NCBI GenBank assembly: GCA_048571215.1
Contig: CP182352.1
Span: forward strand, 928,001-992,000
Direction: 5' to 3'
DNA length: 64,000 nt
DNA from: Halarcobacter sp.
GTDB taxonomy: Bacteria > Campylobacterota > Campylobacteria > Campylobacterales > Arcobacteraceae
This document shows, piece by piece, positions 31,781 to 41,161 of the stretch. Within the stretch, counting starts at the first letter, position 1, and each line of letters opens with the position of its first letter. A program made the position numbers and the translations under genes. The notes under the pieces are model-generated. The model did no database searches, was not told the DNA's origin, and was given only the letters and a program-made list of their open reading frames with translations.

Positions 31781-32370
31781 GTCTAACGTTTAAAATGAGC
31801 CGATGAATTGCCCGCAGGGTAATTTATTAGCTCCTCTGAGATTGTGAAAGAACTCAGTCTCAATTTATATAAATATTCTACATAAAAACACTTAAAAATA
31901 ATCATCCTAAAAATACTAAAATGTTATAATATATTATATTTTAATAGATGAGAATAATATAGCAAGAGCAATTGATTCTTATGTTGAGATATTAAATATT
32001 CATAAGCTAAATATAAAAACTAAAAAATCATTAATAACAGATGGTCAAGCTGCATTTCATCCAAAACTACTATTAAAAATATATATTTATGGATATTTAA
32101 ATCTTGTAAAGCCAAGAGGTGCTTTAGCATCACTCTCTTTGAAAAAAAGTTATGTATAGCAATAAAAAACAAAGATTTAACTCAAATTACAAAAGATATA
32201 GAGAAAAATATATCTTAGTGTTTGGACTTTATCTGGTTTATTATTTAGAATTTATTTTTTATTTTCAAATTTTTGTCAAAAAGTTAAGATATTTGGAAAA
32301 CTAATTGAGATTTTTACTGTAAATTTAGTTTATTTGGAACTAAATTCACAGTTTGACTGATTTGTTATCT
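31781..32370 (-). other. attC site 4, interrupted by IS remnant
   Basis: GTCTAAC...CTCCT-CTGA [insert] CTGA-TTTGTTATCT; removing the insert and one CTGA restores the family consensus. Confidence 0.8.
31840..32356 (+). mobile_element. IS1182-family remnant (internally deleted)
   Basis: Fragment DENNIARAIDSYVE...GQAAFHPKLLLKIYIYGYLN (31944-32102); imperfect IR ends GATTGTGAA / TTCACAGTTTGA; 4-bp CTGA duplication. Confidence 0.75.
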
Positions 32371-33196
32371 ATTTTTTTGTATTTAAATTCAATTCCTTAA
32401 CGGCAGTTATATAAGGTTCAAATTTTGTTCCATATTTTAGTGTAACTATATATCTAGGTTTGATTACTTTTTTATTATTATAATTTCTTATTGGTCGTAA
32501 TGACTTAAGAAAGTTACTATATTCAAGGGGAACATAAATCTCTTTTATACTTAAACCAGAAATATAACCATCAATTCCTTCGTCTGTATGTCTAACATTG
32601 ATTAGTCCTTTTGCAATAATATATTTTGATTTATCTTGATATTTAGATCTTAATATTTTTGGATTAATATTTGCATCAATTGCAAAAAGTCTAGAACGGT
32701 TAAATTGCTCATCTTTCAAGTCTTTTATTGCATGTTTTAACTTTTGTTTATCTTTTTTTTCTGTAGAGTTTAGTTCTTGTAATTCTTTGACCTTATTTTT
32801 TGCTAATGCTAATGAATCTTGATATGACTTACCGTCATATTCTAGAACAATAAACACTTCTTTTTCAATACTTCTAAAAAAATTAAAACCATTATTTTTT
32901 TTAAAGTTATTTTCAATATCAAAACCAAGACTTTTTAGTTTTTGCGTTGTAAGCCATAGTGTCTGGTTATTATAAGAAAAGTTATTTTGAATTCTCCAAT
33001 TAAGTTTTAATGAAATGGCATTATTTTCATTTCTATTTCGATATGGAAGTTTTAACTCTCGTTCCGTAAGAGATACTTCTGAACTAGGTAAGTCTGCTCT
33101 ATTAATAAAAACTCCATATAAAATTACAATATTTGAAATGATAATTAAAGCAAAAGCTAAAATAAATAACTTATTTGAATTAAAAAAATATTTCAT
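32369..33196 (-). CDS. DUF4824-like protein (cassette gene 2)
   Basis: LTERELKLP, WL...KL..LGF, SRLFAIDA, YG..FEP. Confidence 0.7.
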   Translation of the reverse strand: MKYFFNSNKLFILAFALIIISNIVILYGVFINRADLPSSEVSLTERELKLPYRNRNENNAISLKLNWRIQNNFSYNNQTLWLTTQKLKSLGFDIENNFKKNNGFNFFRSIEKEVFIVLEYDGKSYQDSLALAKNKVKELQELNSTEKKDKQKLKHAIKDLKDEQFNRSRLFAIDANINPKILRSKYQDKSKYIIAKGLINVRHTDEGIDGYISGLSIKEIYVPLEYSNFLKSLRPIRNYNNKKVIKPRYIVTLKYGTKFEPYITAVKELNLNTKK

Positions 33197-34269
33197 GAGA
33201 ATACCTTTTCATCATTTTCAATAACAGATAATCGTAATTTTTTAAATACAAATAATACAATTAGTGCCGATAAGCCTATTAAGAAAAAGAAAATGTATTT
33301 TGGCATCCAATCCCACCACCAATCAAAAAACTTTGTGTATAAAAATATAGTAAAAAATATATTCCCAGTATTTACTACATCTGATAAGTTCTTTTTTATT
33401 CCAAACCAAATCATCAAAGCACTCATACTAAAACCAATCATTTGATACATTGCTTCAATATAATCTATTTCAAAATTTAAATAACTTATCATTCCCCAAT
33501 TCGATAGAATCAATACAGGAAGAAAAAATATAATCATCCCAAAAACTCTATAAATAACATCAAAACCATCATAACGATGATGTTTAATAAATGAAATAAA
33601 AAACAATAAAATGGCAACAGGTAAAAAATGTTCAGGTCTTTCTCCAAACCCAATCCAGTACATACCACTCCATGTTCCAATTTTTGCCGATAGAAAAGCA
33701 GAAAAGCTTAAAATTGCAAATGCTAGCAGTAACCTCGCATTAATAGCGTACGCTAATAATAATGCAAATATTGACCATACCAACAAAGCATTTGCAGATG
33801 GAGTAATATTAAATATTTGTCCAAGCATGGAAATATTAAGTACAAAACAAACGAAACTTAGTAATCCAAATATTTTTGAAAAATAGCTTGTTTTCTCCTT
33901 TTTAGAAAGATACATAGCTACTATCAAAGTAATAATTGGTGTTATTACCAATATTATTACTTGAATTGTAGTAGATAATACACCCCAAAATTGATAAAAA
34001 AGAAAAAATACACTTGCAGATAACCCAAGAGCACCTAAGAACGATGCTATTTTCATCCCTAAACTTAATTGTTTTTTGTGATGATTTGAATCGATATCAA
34101 ATGTTGATATAAGCTTAGTAATAAGGCTTTTGTGATAATTCTGTATATTGGTATATTGTGTTTTTTCAAGAGTAACAATATTTTCTTTTTCAAGTATTTG
34201 TAGTTCTTTTTGAAATTGATTGATTTGATCAACTCTTTGTTGTGCTTCAATTTTAGATTTTATATTCAT
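33193..34269 (-). CDS. DUF2157-like membrane protein (cassette gene 1)
   Basis: AQQRVDQI, LGQIFNI, FFDWWWDWMPKY; overlaps next gene by 4 nt. Confidence 0.75.
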   Translation of the reverse strand: MNIKSKIEAQQRVDQINQFQKELQILEKENIVTLEKTQYTNIQNYHKSLITKLISTFDIDSNHHKKQLSLGMKIASFLGALGLSASVFFLFYQFWGVLSTTIQVIILVITPIITLIVAMYLSKKEKTSYFSKIFGLLSFVCFVLNISMLGQIFNITPSANALLVWSIFALLLAYAINARLLLAFAILSFSAFLSAKIGTWSGMYWIGFGERPEHFLPVAILLFFISFIKHHRYDGFDVIYRVFGMIIFFLPVLILSNWGMISYLNFEIDYIEAMYQMIGFSMSALMIWFGIKKNLSDVVNTGNIFFTIFLYTKFFDWWWDWMPKYIFFFLIGLSALIVLFVFKKLRLSVIENDEKVFS

Positions 34270-34300
34270 TATTTATTGTAACTCCTGAGAATATTTATTT

Positions 34301-34372
34301 AGATAATGTTTGAAATGAGTAATCAAAAAGCCGCCCGCGGGTTTTTGATTGGTCTCCTCTGATTTATTATAA
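34301..34372 (-). other. attC site 5 (both cores mutated)
   Basis: Nearly identical to attC 3 but ends read AGATAAT and ATTATAA on plus. Confidence 0.8.
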
Positions 34373-34612
34373 GTCTGGTGTGTGTTGCAAGAAATTGATT
34401 TCATTTGCTTTCTCAATATCTCCAATTCTTAGGTAGTGAATCAGCTTTTTCAATTCATTGTCTTGGAATATTCTATAGTCAATGTCCTTTGCACGAATAT
34501 CTTCATCAGAAAAATAATGGGGGAGATATGCAAATACACCATCCAATGAGTTGTCATAAAGCTCTTCAACAGTACATTCAGTGTGTTTTACACTCTCTTG
34601 ATGGTTTAACAT
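34367..34612 (-). CDS. Cassette-borne hypothetical protein (5' end uncertain)
   Basis: ORF between attC 6 and attC 5, stop in R''. Confidence 0.6.
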   Translation of the reverse strand: MLNHQESVKHTECTVEELYDNSLDGVFAYLPHYFSDEDIRAKDIDYRIFQDNELKKLIHYLRIGDIEKANEINFLQHTPDL

Positions 34613-34666
34613 TCTTTCCAGTAAATCAGCTAGTTGAAGATATTGGATAGCGAACCCCTTTTTGAC

Positions 34667-34735
34667 TTATAACGTTTGAATTGAGGAATATTTGAGCCGC
34701 AGGGTCAAATATTCCTCTCCAATGATTTGTTAGCC
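34667..34735 (-). other. attC site 6
   Basis: Plus TTATAAC...GAGGAATATTTGA gccgcaggg TCAAATATTCCTC...GTTAGCC. Confidence 0.88.
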
Positions 34736-35097
34736 ACACCAGTATATATTTCAGAGGGAGGGTAACCTTCTGACTCTGCATAAAACTTATTTCCATTCTT
34801 CTCAATCACCAAATAACCTCCTCCCCCATGAGCCATCATACTTTTTGAGGCTTGATCCCATGTCAGTTCTTCCATTCGACCTGTCAAATCGAAAAAAATA
34901 CAATCATCTTGATCCACAAAGCCGATTTTTTCATATGCAAACTGTTTGGGAAAAACATCTGAAATACTATGACAAATTTTTCTCATCAATTTTTCGGGCT
35001 TTTTTAACGCATCAACAACACATCGTGATTGGTAGTCTTTGAGGACAAAATTTGAAGCAAATCGTTCAATACTTTGTTGTGTAATCATATAATCCAC
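34705..35097 (-). CDS. Cassette-borne hypothetical protein reading into attC
   Basis: Starts after GTTAGCC (35110-35104); C-terminal NKSLERNI is attC-encoded. Confidence 0.7.
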   Translation of the reverse strand: MDYMITQQSIERFASNFVLKDYQSRCVVDALKKPEKLMRKICHSISDVFPKQFAYEKIGFVDQDDCIFFDLTGRMEELTWDQASKSMMAHGGGGYLVIEKNGNKFYAESEGYPPSEIYTGVANKSLERNI

Positions 35098-35103
35098 CTC
35101 ATA

Positions 35104-35150
35104 GGCTAACTATTTATTGAATATACATTATATAAATAAAGTACTTAAAT
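35104..35150 (-). other. attI-like leader copy 2
   Basis: Minus TATAATGTATATTCAATAAATA-GTTAGCC. Confidence 0.55.
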
Positions 35151-35349
35151 ATGCTACTTTATTATATATTTATCAAGAAAACTTATTTTATGCATGTTTA
35201 TAGAAATAATATTATGTAATATAATATTTATTCTATATATCTTTATTATAAGTTATAATCTTTATGTATATTTTATGTCGATATTTAGAACTTTAATATA
35301 TATAATGTATGTTAAAAGTAAGAATTTAACTTTAAATAACATTTTGATT

Positions 35350-36367
35350 GTTTAACAAAATGATAAATATATTATGTGTATTTGGATAATACTATTATCA
35401 AAATATTTGAGTGTAAATAAACTTTTACTGTACCTCTTGGCTTTGTCGACTTTCTTTTGTGAAAAAGAAAGTAGCAAAGAAACCATCCCACAGGTTTCGA
35501 AGCCGAAGGTTCCCTCGCTTATTATTTCACTTTTCTATTTTTTAAAACTCGCTAAAACGTAAGTTAGTTACGTTTTTGACACTCAGACAGTTAAAAAACT
35601 TTTGCCTGCAAGCAGGATTACATCCGAAAAGCAAAATAAACACTCGGCTTCTCAAATGCGGGAAGGTGGGATAATGACCTTTTCATTTTTTGGTACCATT
35701 TTGTTTGGATTTGTGTAATACTCAAATAGTATGAGAAAGTTCAAGGCTAGGGTATTTTAGTCCAGACTTTGTTGAAGCTGGAAGTTTTTTAATTATTTTC
35801 GGAGAAGACCGAGGACCGTTCAACTGGATAAAAGGTACTGAATGTACCTTTTAGGAAGGCGTTCCGCAGGTCAGAAGATAATTATAAAACTGGAGGGAAC
35901 TTTAGCTTCAACAACCGTCTGGCTGCTTTTTGTCTTACTTTTTACAACTAAAAAGTGAGAAAGCGGAGAGCTTTGCTCTACAAGAGGGTGTATACAATTA
36001 AAACTATTTTCAAAATATTTGAGTGTGAATAAACTTTTACTGTACGTCTTAACTTTACCGACTTTCTTTTGTGAAAAAGAAAGTAGCAAAGAAACCATCC
36101 CACAGGTTTCAAAGCCGAAGGTTCCCTCGCTTATTATTCATCCCTTTTGAGTGCCTAAAAACTTGCTAAAACGTGAGTTAGTCACGTTTTTTTACGCTTC
36201 AAACAGTTTATTCACTTGTTTTCAAAAGAGACAAATAAACACTCGGCTTCTCAAATGCGGAAAGGTAGGAAATTGACCTTTGCATTTTTTGATACCATTT
36301 TATTTGAATTGGTGTGATACTCAACAATTATTATAAAAGTGGAGATTCATTCTCTGGGGGGTGTCAC
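35350..36367. repeat. Structured repeat block 2 (A-B-A plus GGGGTGTCAC end)
   Basis: Homologous to 29257-30287, including a 26-bp identical start GTTTAACAAAATGATAAATATATTAT. Confidence 0.9.
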
Positions 36368-36663
36368 CATTAAATTGCAATGGATATTTCTATATTTGAG
36401 CTATGCTTTTTGTGAGTTTTCAAATTGCTTTGCATCATCTATTGAACGCTTTGATATGTTTTATAAATAATTTTATATAGTCTATTCATCTCTTTTTTTG
36501 CAAATGTAGATGTATTTTCACTGCACATAGCAACAACCGTATTATTTATTTGACCTTCTTTATGAATACGATCATTGTAAATTTTCTCATATTTATTTTT
36601 TGTTTCAGTAAATAAAATAAAAGGCATTAATGCAATAAGTAATAGTAAATTTGTGACCTTCAT
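36368..36663 (-). pseudogene. LprI/DUF1311-like cassette gene, frameshifted and truncated
   Basis: AKKEMNRLYK, then in another frame FENSQKA*LKYRNIHC (SQxAWxxYR..C motif). Confidence 0.65.
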
Positions 36664-36682
36664 AGATTACTCCTTTGTATCA

Positions 36683-36734
36683 ATATAACGCCTGCCTCAG
36701 CCGCTGAAGATCGGATTAGAGTCTCTTGTTAGCC
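36683..36734 (-). other. attC site 7 (short/degenerate)
   Basis: Minus GGCTAACAAG...CAGGC-GTTATAT, 52 bp. Confidence 0.55.
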
Positions 36735-37107
36735 ATTTTCTAGTTATTATAGGCAACCATGTAGCCCCTATAGCACACAGCTGAAAATAGGTTAACCGGT
36801 ACGGGTGAGCCCAGCCACCCGAGTAGCCAACATCAAAAGCCAGCCACACAACAAATGTGGAACTTGAAGCCAAAGCCACAATCAGCACCCTTTCTGGAAA
36901 TCTCAGTACAGCAAAACCCTCTAATACCGCCAATACTCCGAACCACGCTGTAAAAAAGCCTAAGGTTAGCCCCCAGGAATACCCACCTCTGTATTCTCTA
37001 CCTATAGCTTCCGCCACGAAGTGGCCGACTCCATATATCGCGGTCAGAAGAAGCACCCTGATTATTGGCCGTAACAAAAGCAGATAAACTATGCGCTTTG
37101 TCATCAC
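36697..37107 (-). CDS. Cassette-borne membrane protein, GC-richer than host
   Basis: About 4 TM segments, between attC 8 and attC 7. Confidence 0.7.
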   Translation of the reverse strand: MMTKRIVYLLLLRPIIRVLLLTAIYGVGHFVAEAIGREYRGGYSWGLTLGFFTAWFGVLAVLEGFAVLRFPERVLIVALASSSTFVVWLAFDVGYSGGWAHPYRLTYFQLCAIGATWLPIITRKWLTRDSNPIFSG

Positions 37108-37143
37108 GATTAACCTTTGAAATAAGCCGATAAATTGTTATTC
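37108..37143 (-). other. attC site 8 (internally deleted)
   Basis: GATTAAC-CTTTGAAATAAGCCGATAAATT-GTTATTC matches both ends of the attC 4 type with the centre missing. Confidence 0.6.
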
Positions 37144-37144
37144 A

Positions 37145-37387
37145 TTAGAAGTCAGAGAGTACAGAGATTATCACGTGTGGCTCAGAACTTTCAGATTTTC
37201 CAAATTTTAAGGAAGATTGACCATCTGATGTACGAACTTTTGTAGCCTCGGAAATACTTATATCATTAATTTCAAGAATACGAAACATATGTCCTTTAGC
37301 TTGGAAAATCTCATCTTCTGTATAGCAAAGTACATCAGAATTTGATGGTAAAGACTGAAGCTTAGTTAATAAATCGGAAACTTTCAT
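37145..37387 (-). CDS. Cassette-borne hypothetical protein
   Basis: RBS AAGGA, between attC 9 and attC 8. Confidence 0.65.
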   Translation of the reverse strand: MKVSDLLTKLQSLPSNSDVLCYTEDEIFQAKGHMFRILEINDISISEATKVRTSDGQSSLKFGKSESSEPHVIISVLSDF

Positions 37388-37411
37388 GTAAATCCTTCTT
37401 ATAATTTTAGT

Positions 37412-37480
37412 GTATAACGTCTAAGTTGAGAAATATTTGAGCCACAGAATCAAATATTTCTCCCCCATGATTTGTTATAT
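37412..37480 (-). other. attC site 9
   Basis: Plus GTATAAC...GAGAAATATTTGA gccacagaa TCAAATATTTCTC...GTTATAT; same family as attC 6. Confidence 0.85.
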
Positions 37481-38892
37481 AGTTTAATCATTATGATACT
37501 TTTACCTATCAGTCCTAATAATGATATAACAATTGAACTTAGCATTAAATAGCCGATATCTGGTACAAACATTAAAAATCCGCTAAATGTTAAATTATAC
37601 AACTTGGGTATAATAAAAAATAGTGAGATGATAATTGAAATATCAAATATAAATGATACTATTGTTCTATACTTTTTGACATCTTTATGCTTTTGAATAA
37701 ACTGTTTCATTAAAAATAATTGAACTATTAATAAACTGATAAAAAATACATATGCAGATATAGAGATAATATCTATAGTGGTATCTTTTAGTTCTTTATT
37801 TCTAATTATATCAATAATACCACCTGCTAGAGTGTTTAACTCATTACTGCCTAATGTATATGAAGTAGCATTTGTAAGCATAATAAGACCTAGTTTTTCT
37901 TCTGGAAATATAATCATTGAAGCTGTATATCCAGGGGCTGTTCCTAAATGATTTAAATAAAGTTTTTCACTAGTATCCACAAACCATCCAAAGCCATAAT
38001 GGATTTTACCCTTGACTATCGTAGCACTTGGTGTTTGTATTTGTTTAATAATAGAAGATGAAAATATCTGTTCTTTCTTATATTTTCCTTTATTTAACTG
38101 TGCAATTAAATAGTTGCTCATATCTTCAACATTTGAAATAATATATCCAGCAGGAAGTAAAACTTTACTAAATGGAAAATCACTTTTTATAGCTTGACCA
38201 AACCAAAGTCTATGTCCTTGTGCTATATTTTTTTTGTCAATATTCTCTAAAGAGGCATAACTATTTTTCATATCAAGTTTATTAAATATATTTTCTTTTA
38301 TATATTGATTATAAGAAAGCCCAGTTACTTTTTCTATAACTAAACCTAAAATTTGATAATTTATATTTGAATAATAAAAAGTGGTTGATGGCTTTGAAAT
38401 AAGTGAGACATCTTTTAACGCCCGAATAGTTTTTTCTAAAGCAAAATTACTACTATCCCAATCATCAAAATTTTTCAATCCATCATAAGTAGAAAATCCG
38501 CTGGTTTGGTTTAACAGTGTTCTAATAGTTATATTGTTGACATCTTTTTCATCTTTTATTTTAAACCAAGAAAGATACTTATTTATTGAATCATCCAAAT
38601 TAATTTTCCCATCTTCCACTAATTGCATAATTGCTAAGGCTATAAATGACTTGGTTAATGAGCCGATATAAAATAAAGATTTTGTATTTATATCTTTATC
38701 TTTAGAATAACTATTTTTATAAATTAAACTATTATCCTTTATAACCCCTATTGATATAGTAGGAATATCTGCTTGATTTTGCATTTTTTTAACATAGTTA
38801 TCAATTTTATTAAAAGTTTGAGTATCTATATTTTTAGCATTTAATTCAAAACAAAGAAATATAATAAAAATTAGTATAAATTTTATTTGCAC
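37450..38892 (-). CDS. Serine hydrolase (beta-lactamase class C/CubicO fold) with C-terminal TM helices, cassette-borne
   Basis: GSLTK, LLNQTSG, YSN, HLG; ends NKSWGRNI inside attC 9. Confidence 0.85.
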   Translation of the reverse strand: MQIKFILIFIIFLCFELNAKNIDTQTFNKIDNYVKKMQNQADIPTISIGVIKDNSLIYKNSYSKDKDINTKSLFYIGSLTKSFIALAIMQLVEDGKINLDDSINKYLSWFKIKDEKDVNNITIRTLLNQTSGFSTYDGLKNFDDWDSSNFALEKTIRALKDVSLISKPSTTFYYSNINYQILGLVIEKVTGLSYNQYIKENIFNKLDMKNSYASLENIDKKNIAQGHRLWFGQAIKSDFPFSKVLLPAGYIISNVEDMSNYLIAQLNKGKYKKEQIFSSSIIKQIQTPSATIVKGKIHYGFGWFVDTSEKLYLNHLGTAPGYTASMIIFPEEKLGLIMLTNATSYTLGSNELNTLAGGIIDIIRNKELKDTTIDIISISAYVFFISLLIVQLFLMKQFIQKHKDVKKYRTIVSFIFDISIIISLFFIIPKLYNLTFSGFLMFVPDIGYLMLSSIVISLLGLIGKSIIMIKLYNKSWGRNI

Positions 38893-38915
38893 TTATTGCA
38901 CCTCATATATTTTAT

Positions 38916-38962
38916 ATATAACTATTAATTAAATATACATTATATTAATTTATTACTTAAAT
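38916..38962 (-). other. attI-like leader copy 3
   Basis: Minus TATAATGTATATTTAATTAATA-GTTATAT. Confidence 0.55.
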
Positions 38963-39220
38963 AGCCTGATAACATAACATAATTAAACTAAGCCTTCAAA
39001 TAGGCTATTTGTATAAAAAAATATTCTAAAATGATATATCTTTTAAGTAAATTATAATGTTATATTATCATCTATATGTATAGTTTTTATCTAAATAACA
39101 GTAATAAACATGCAATTTGCATGTTATTTGGAATAAATCGTGATAATACTACATTTTAAGAAAATATAAAATGAGTGAAAAATTATTTGATATAATGAGA
39201 GATAAATTCTAAATATTCAC

Positions 39221-39673
39221 TTTTTTGCCTGCAAGCAGGATTACATATTGAAAAAAGTAAAACAAAAAGCAACCCGCAGGTTTCGAAGATGAAACTAGCC
39301 TCACTTATTATTTATTGCTTCTCAAATGCGGGAAGGTAGTATAAAGACCTTTGCATTTTTTGGTACCATTTTATTTAAGTTGGTGTTATGTTAAATTTAC
39401 ATCAGGAAGTTTGTGGCTAGTGTATTTTAGTCCAGACTTTGTTGAAGCCGAGTGCTTTGCTTTTTAAAGCGGAAAAAGCCGAAACTGTTTGAAGAAAGAA
39501 AAGTGACTAACTCACTTTTTCGAGGAGTTTTGCAGGCTAGCTTTAAAAAGTGAAGTGGGAGGGAACTTTAGCTTTAACAACGCGTCTGGTTGCTTTTTGT
39601 CTTACTTTTTACAACTAAAAAGTGAGAAAGCGGAGAACTTTGTTCTACAAGAGAGTGCATACAATTAAAACTA
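39221..39673. repeat. Structured repeat block 3 (partial A plus B)
   Basis: CCCGCAGGTTTCGAAG...GCTTCTCAAATGCGGG, then TAGTCCAGACTTTGTTGAAGCC...GTCTGG. Confidence 0.85.
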
Positions 39674-39717
39674 TCTATAAATCTATTTAACTATTTACTT
39701 AAATCATATTTTTCATA

Positions 39718-40161
39718 TCAATCAATCTCCAAAAAGTTTTCTTTTACTCTTTCTAATAGTTTACATAAAAGTTCTTTTTCCTCTTGAGTAAAATTTTTAT
39801 ATGTAATATCTAAAAGTTTTGGTGAGATAATATCCATAACTATAGGTTTTGTGCCAAGTCCTTTTTGTGTTAGTTTTACCATTGTACTTCTACTATCTTT
39901 TTCATTTTTAAATTTTATTAAAAGTTCCATTTTTTCAAGCTTGTTTACCAAAGCTGTTACTGTTGATTTATCTTTATTTATTGATTGGGTTATTTGACTC
40001 ATGGGAACACCATCTTTATTTTTATAAAGTAGATTTAAAATATTTCCATGGGAAGGGGCAAGTCCTATTAGGTCGTGTTTTTTTAATTCATCCATGATTA
40101 GTTTATTTGTACTATTGTGAATATGTCCTATAGTTGAGATTATTTCATTTGTATTTTTCAT
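39718..40161 (-). CDS. MarR family regulator
   Basis: DKSTVTALVNKLE...DSRS...LTQKG. Confidence 0.9.
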   Translation of the reverse strand: MKNTNEIISTIGHIHNSTNKLIMDELKKHDLIGLAPSHGNILNLLYKNKDGVPMSQITQSINKDKSTVTALVNKLEKMELLIKFKNEKDSRSTMVKLTQKGLGTKPIVMDIISPKLLDITYKNFTQEEKELLCKLLERVKENFLEID

Positions 40162-40227
40162 TAGTTTTATATCCTACTATTTTCTATTGAAAGGATAACT
40201 ATATTTTGTTTAAAGTAATGAAAAGTA

Positions 40228-41088
40228 TTAAAACTTTCCATTACTATTTGCCCATTTATCTTTGGTAGGAATCTCTTGAATAGTATCCCAATGCTCTACA
40301 ATTTTGTCATTTTCAATTCTAAACAAATCGTAAAATGAATAAGGTTTTCCATGCCATGAACCTTCACTAATGGTTAGTACAAAATTACCTTCACCTAATA
40401 CTTTATGAAGTTTTTTATAAGTAAACATATCGTTTTTAGAGATTAGATAAGTGATTGCCTCATTTAAACCTGCCAAACCATCTTTTATATAAGGGTTATG
40501 TTGATCATATTTTTCAGTTGAGATATAATCTGTAATTTTATTTGGATTTTTACCAAAGAATATATCTTCAAAAAGCTTTTTAACTAAAGTTTTATTTTCA
40601 TCAGTTTTATCTAAATCTGTAATCTTAGTTTCCCCATCGATTTGAGTTCTTCCACTTGCTGTATTTTTAACTATATCTTGTAGATTATCCCAATGTTCTA
40701 CTATTTTCCCATCTTCAAATCTAAAGATATCAAACCCAACTTTTGCCCCAAAGAAGTTATACTTTGTATGGGTAAAAACATAATTTTCATCCTCAAAAGC
40801 TCTAACTACTTTTACACTTGAACTTCCTTTTGGCAACATTGCAACAACTTCACCAAAACCTTTCAAACCATCTTTTATTGATAAGTTATGTTGTATATAT
40901 TTATCTGGATTAATATAATTTATAGGCTCAGTTGCTCCTGTTTCTATTGAATTTAGTAGTTCAATCACTTTTTGTTTGTTTGTAAGCATTTTTGGCTCCT
41001 TTTTTTGTTCTGCTGTATATGCACATCCTGAAAAAATTGAAGCAGTTATAACTCCTGCTAGTAGCTTTTTTATATCGATTGTTTTCAT
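40228..41088 (-). CDS. SnoaL/NTF2-like tandem-domain lipoprotein
   Basis: Lipobox FSGC; duplicated Y.QHN and D.FR.E..KIVEHWD. Confidence 0.85.
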   Translation of the reverse strand: MKTIDIKKLLAGVITASIFSGCAYTAEQKKEPKMLTNKQKVIELLNSIETGATEPINYINPDKYIQHNLSIKDGLKGFGEVVAMLPKGSSSVKVVRAFEDENYVFTHTKYNFFGAKVGFDIFRFEDGKIVEHWDNLQDIVKNTASGRTQIDGETKITDLDKTDENKTLVKKLFEDIFFGKNPNKITDYISTEKYDQHNPYIKDGLAGLNEAITYLISKNDMFTYKKLHKVLGEGNFVLTISEGSWHGKPYSFYDLFRIENDKIVEHWDTIQEIPTKDKWANSNGKF

Positions 41089-41103
41089 TTTTGATCCTTT
41101 AAA

Positions 41104-41161
41104 AGTTTGATATCAAACTAAATATTAAAGGAATTATAGTTTGATATCAAACTAAAGTCAA
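41104..41161 (-). promoter_or_regulatory. Sigma70 promoter with two perfect palindromic operators
   Basis: AGTTTGATATCAAACT at 41104-41119 and 41138-41153; minus TTGACT-17 bp-TATAAT. Confidence 0.8.

Noticed and set aside
29267..36098. ORFs 29267..29455, 29767..30123, 30047..30529, 35374..35562 and 35871..36098
   Set aside because: They lie in or across the hairpin repeats, and frames and stops are not conserved between copies, so they are likely spurious.
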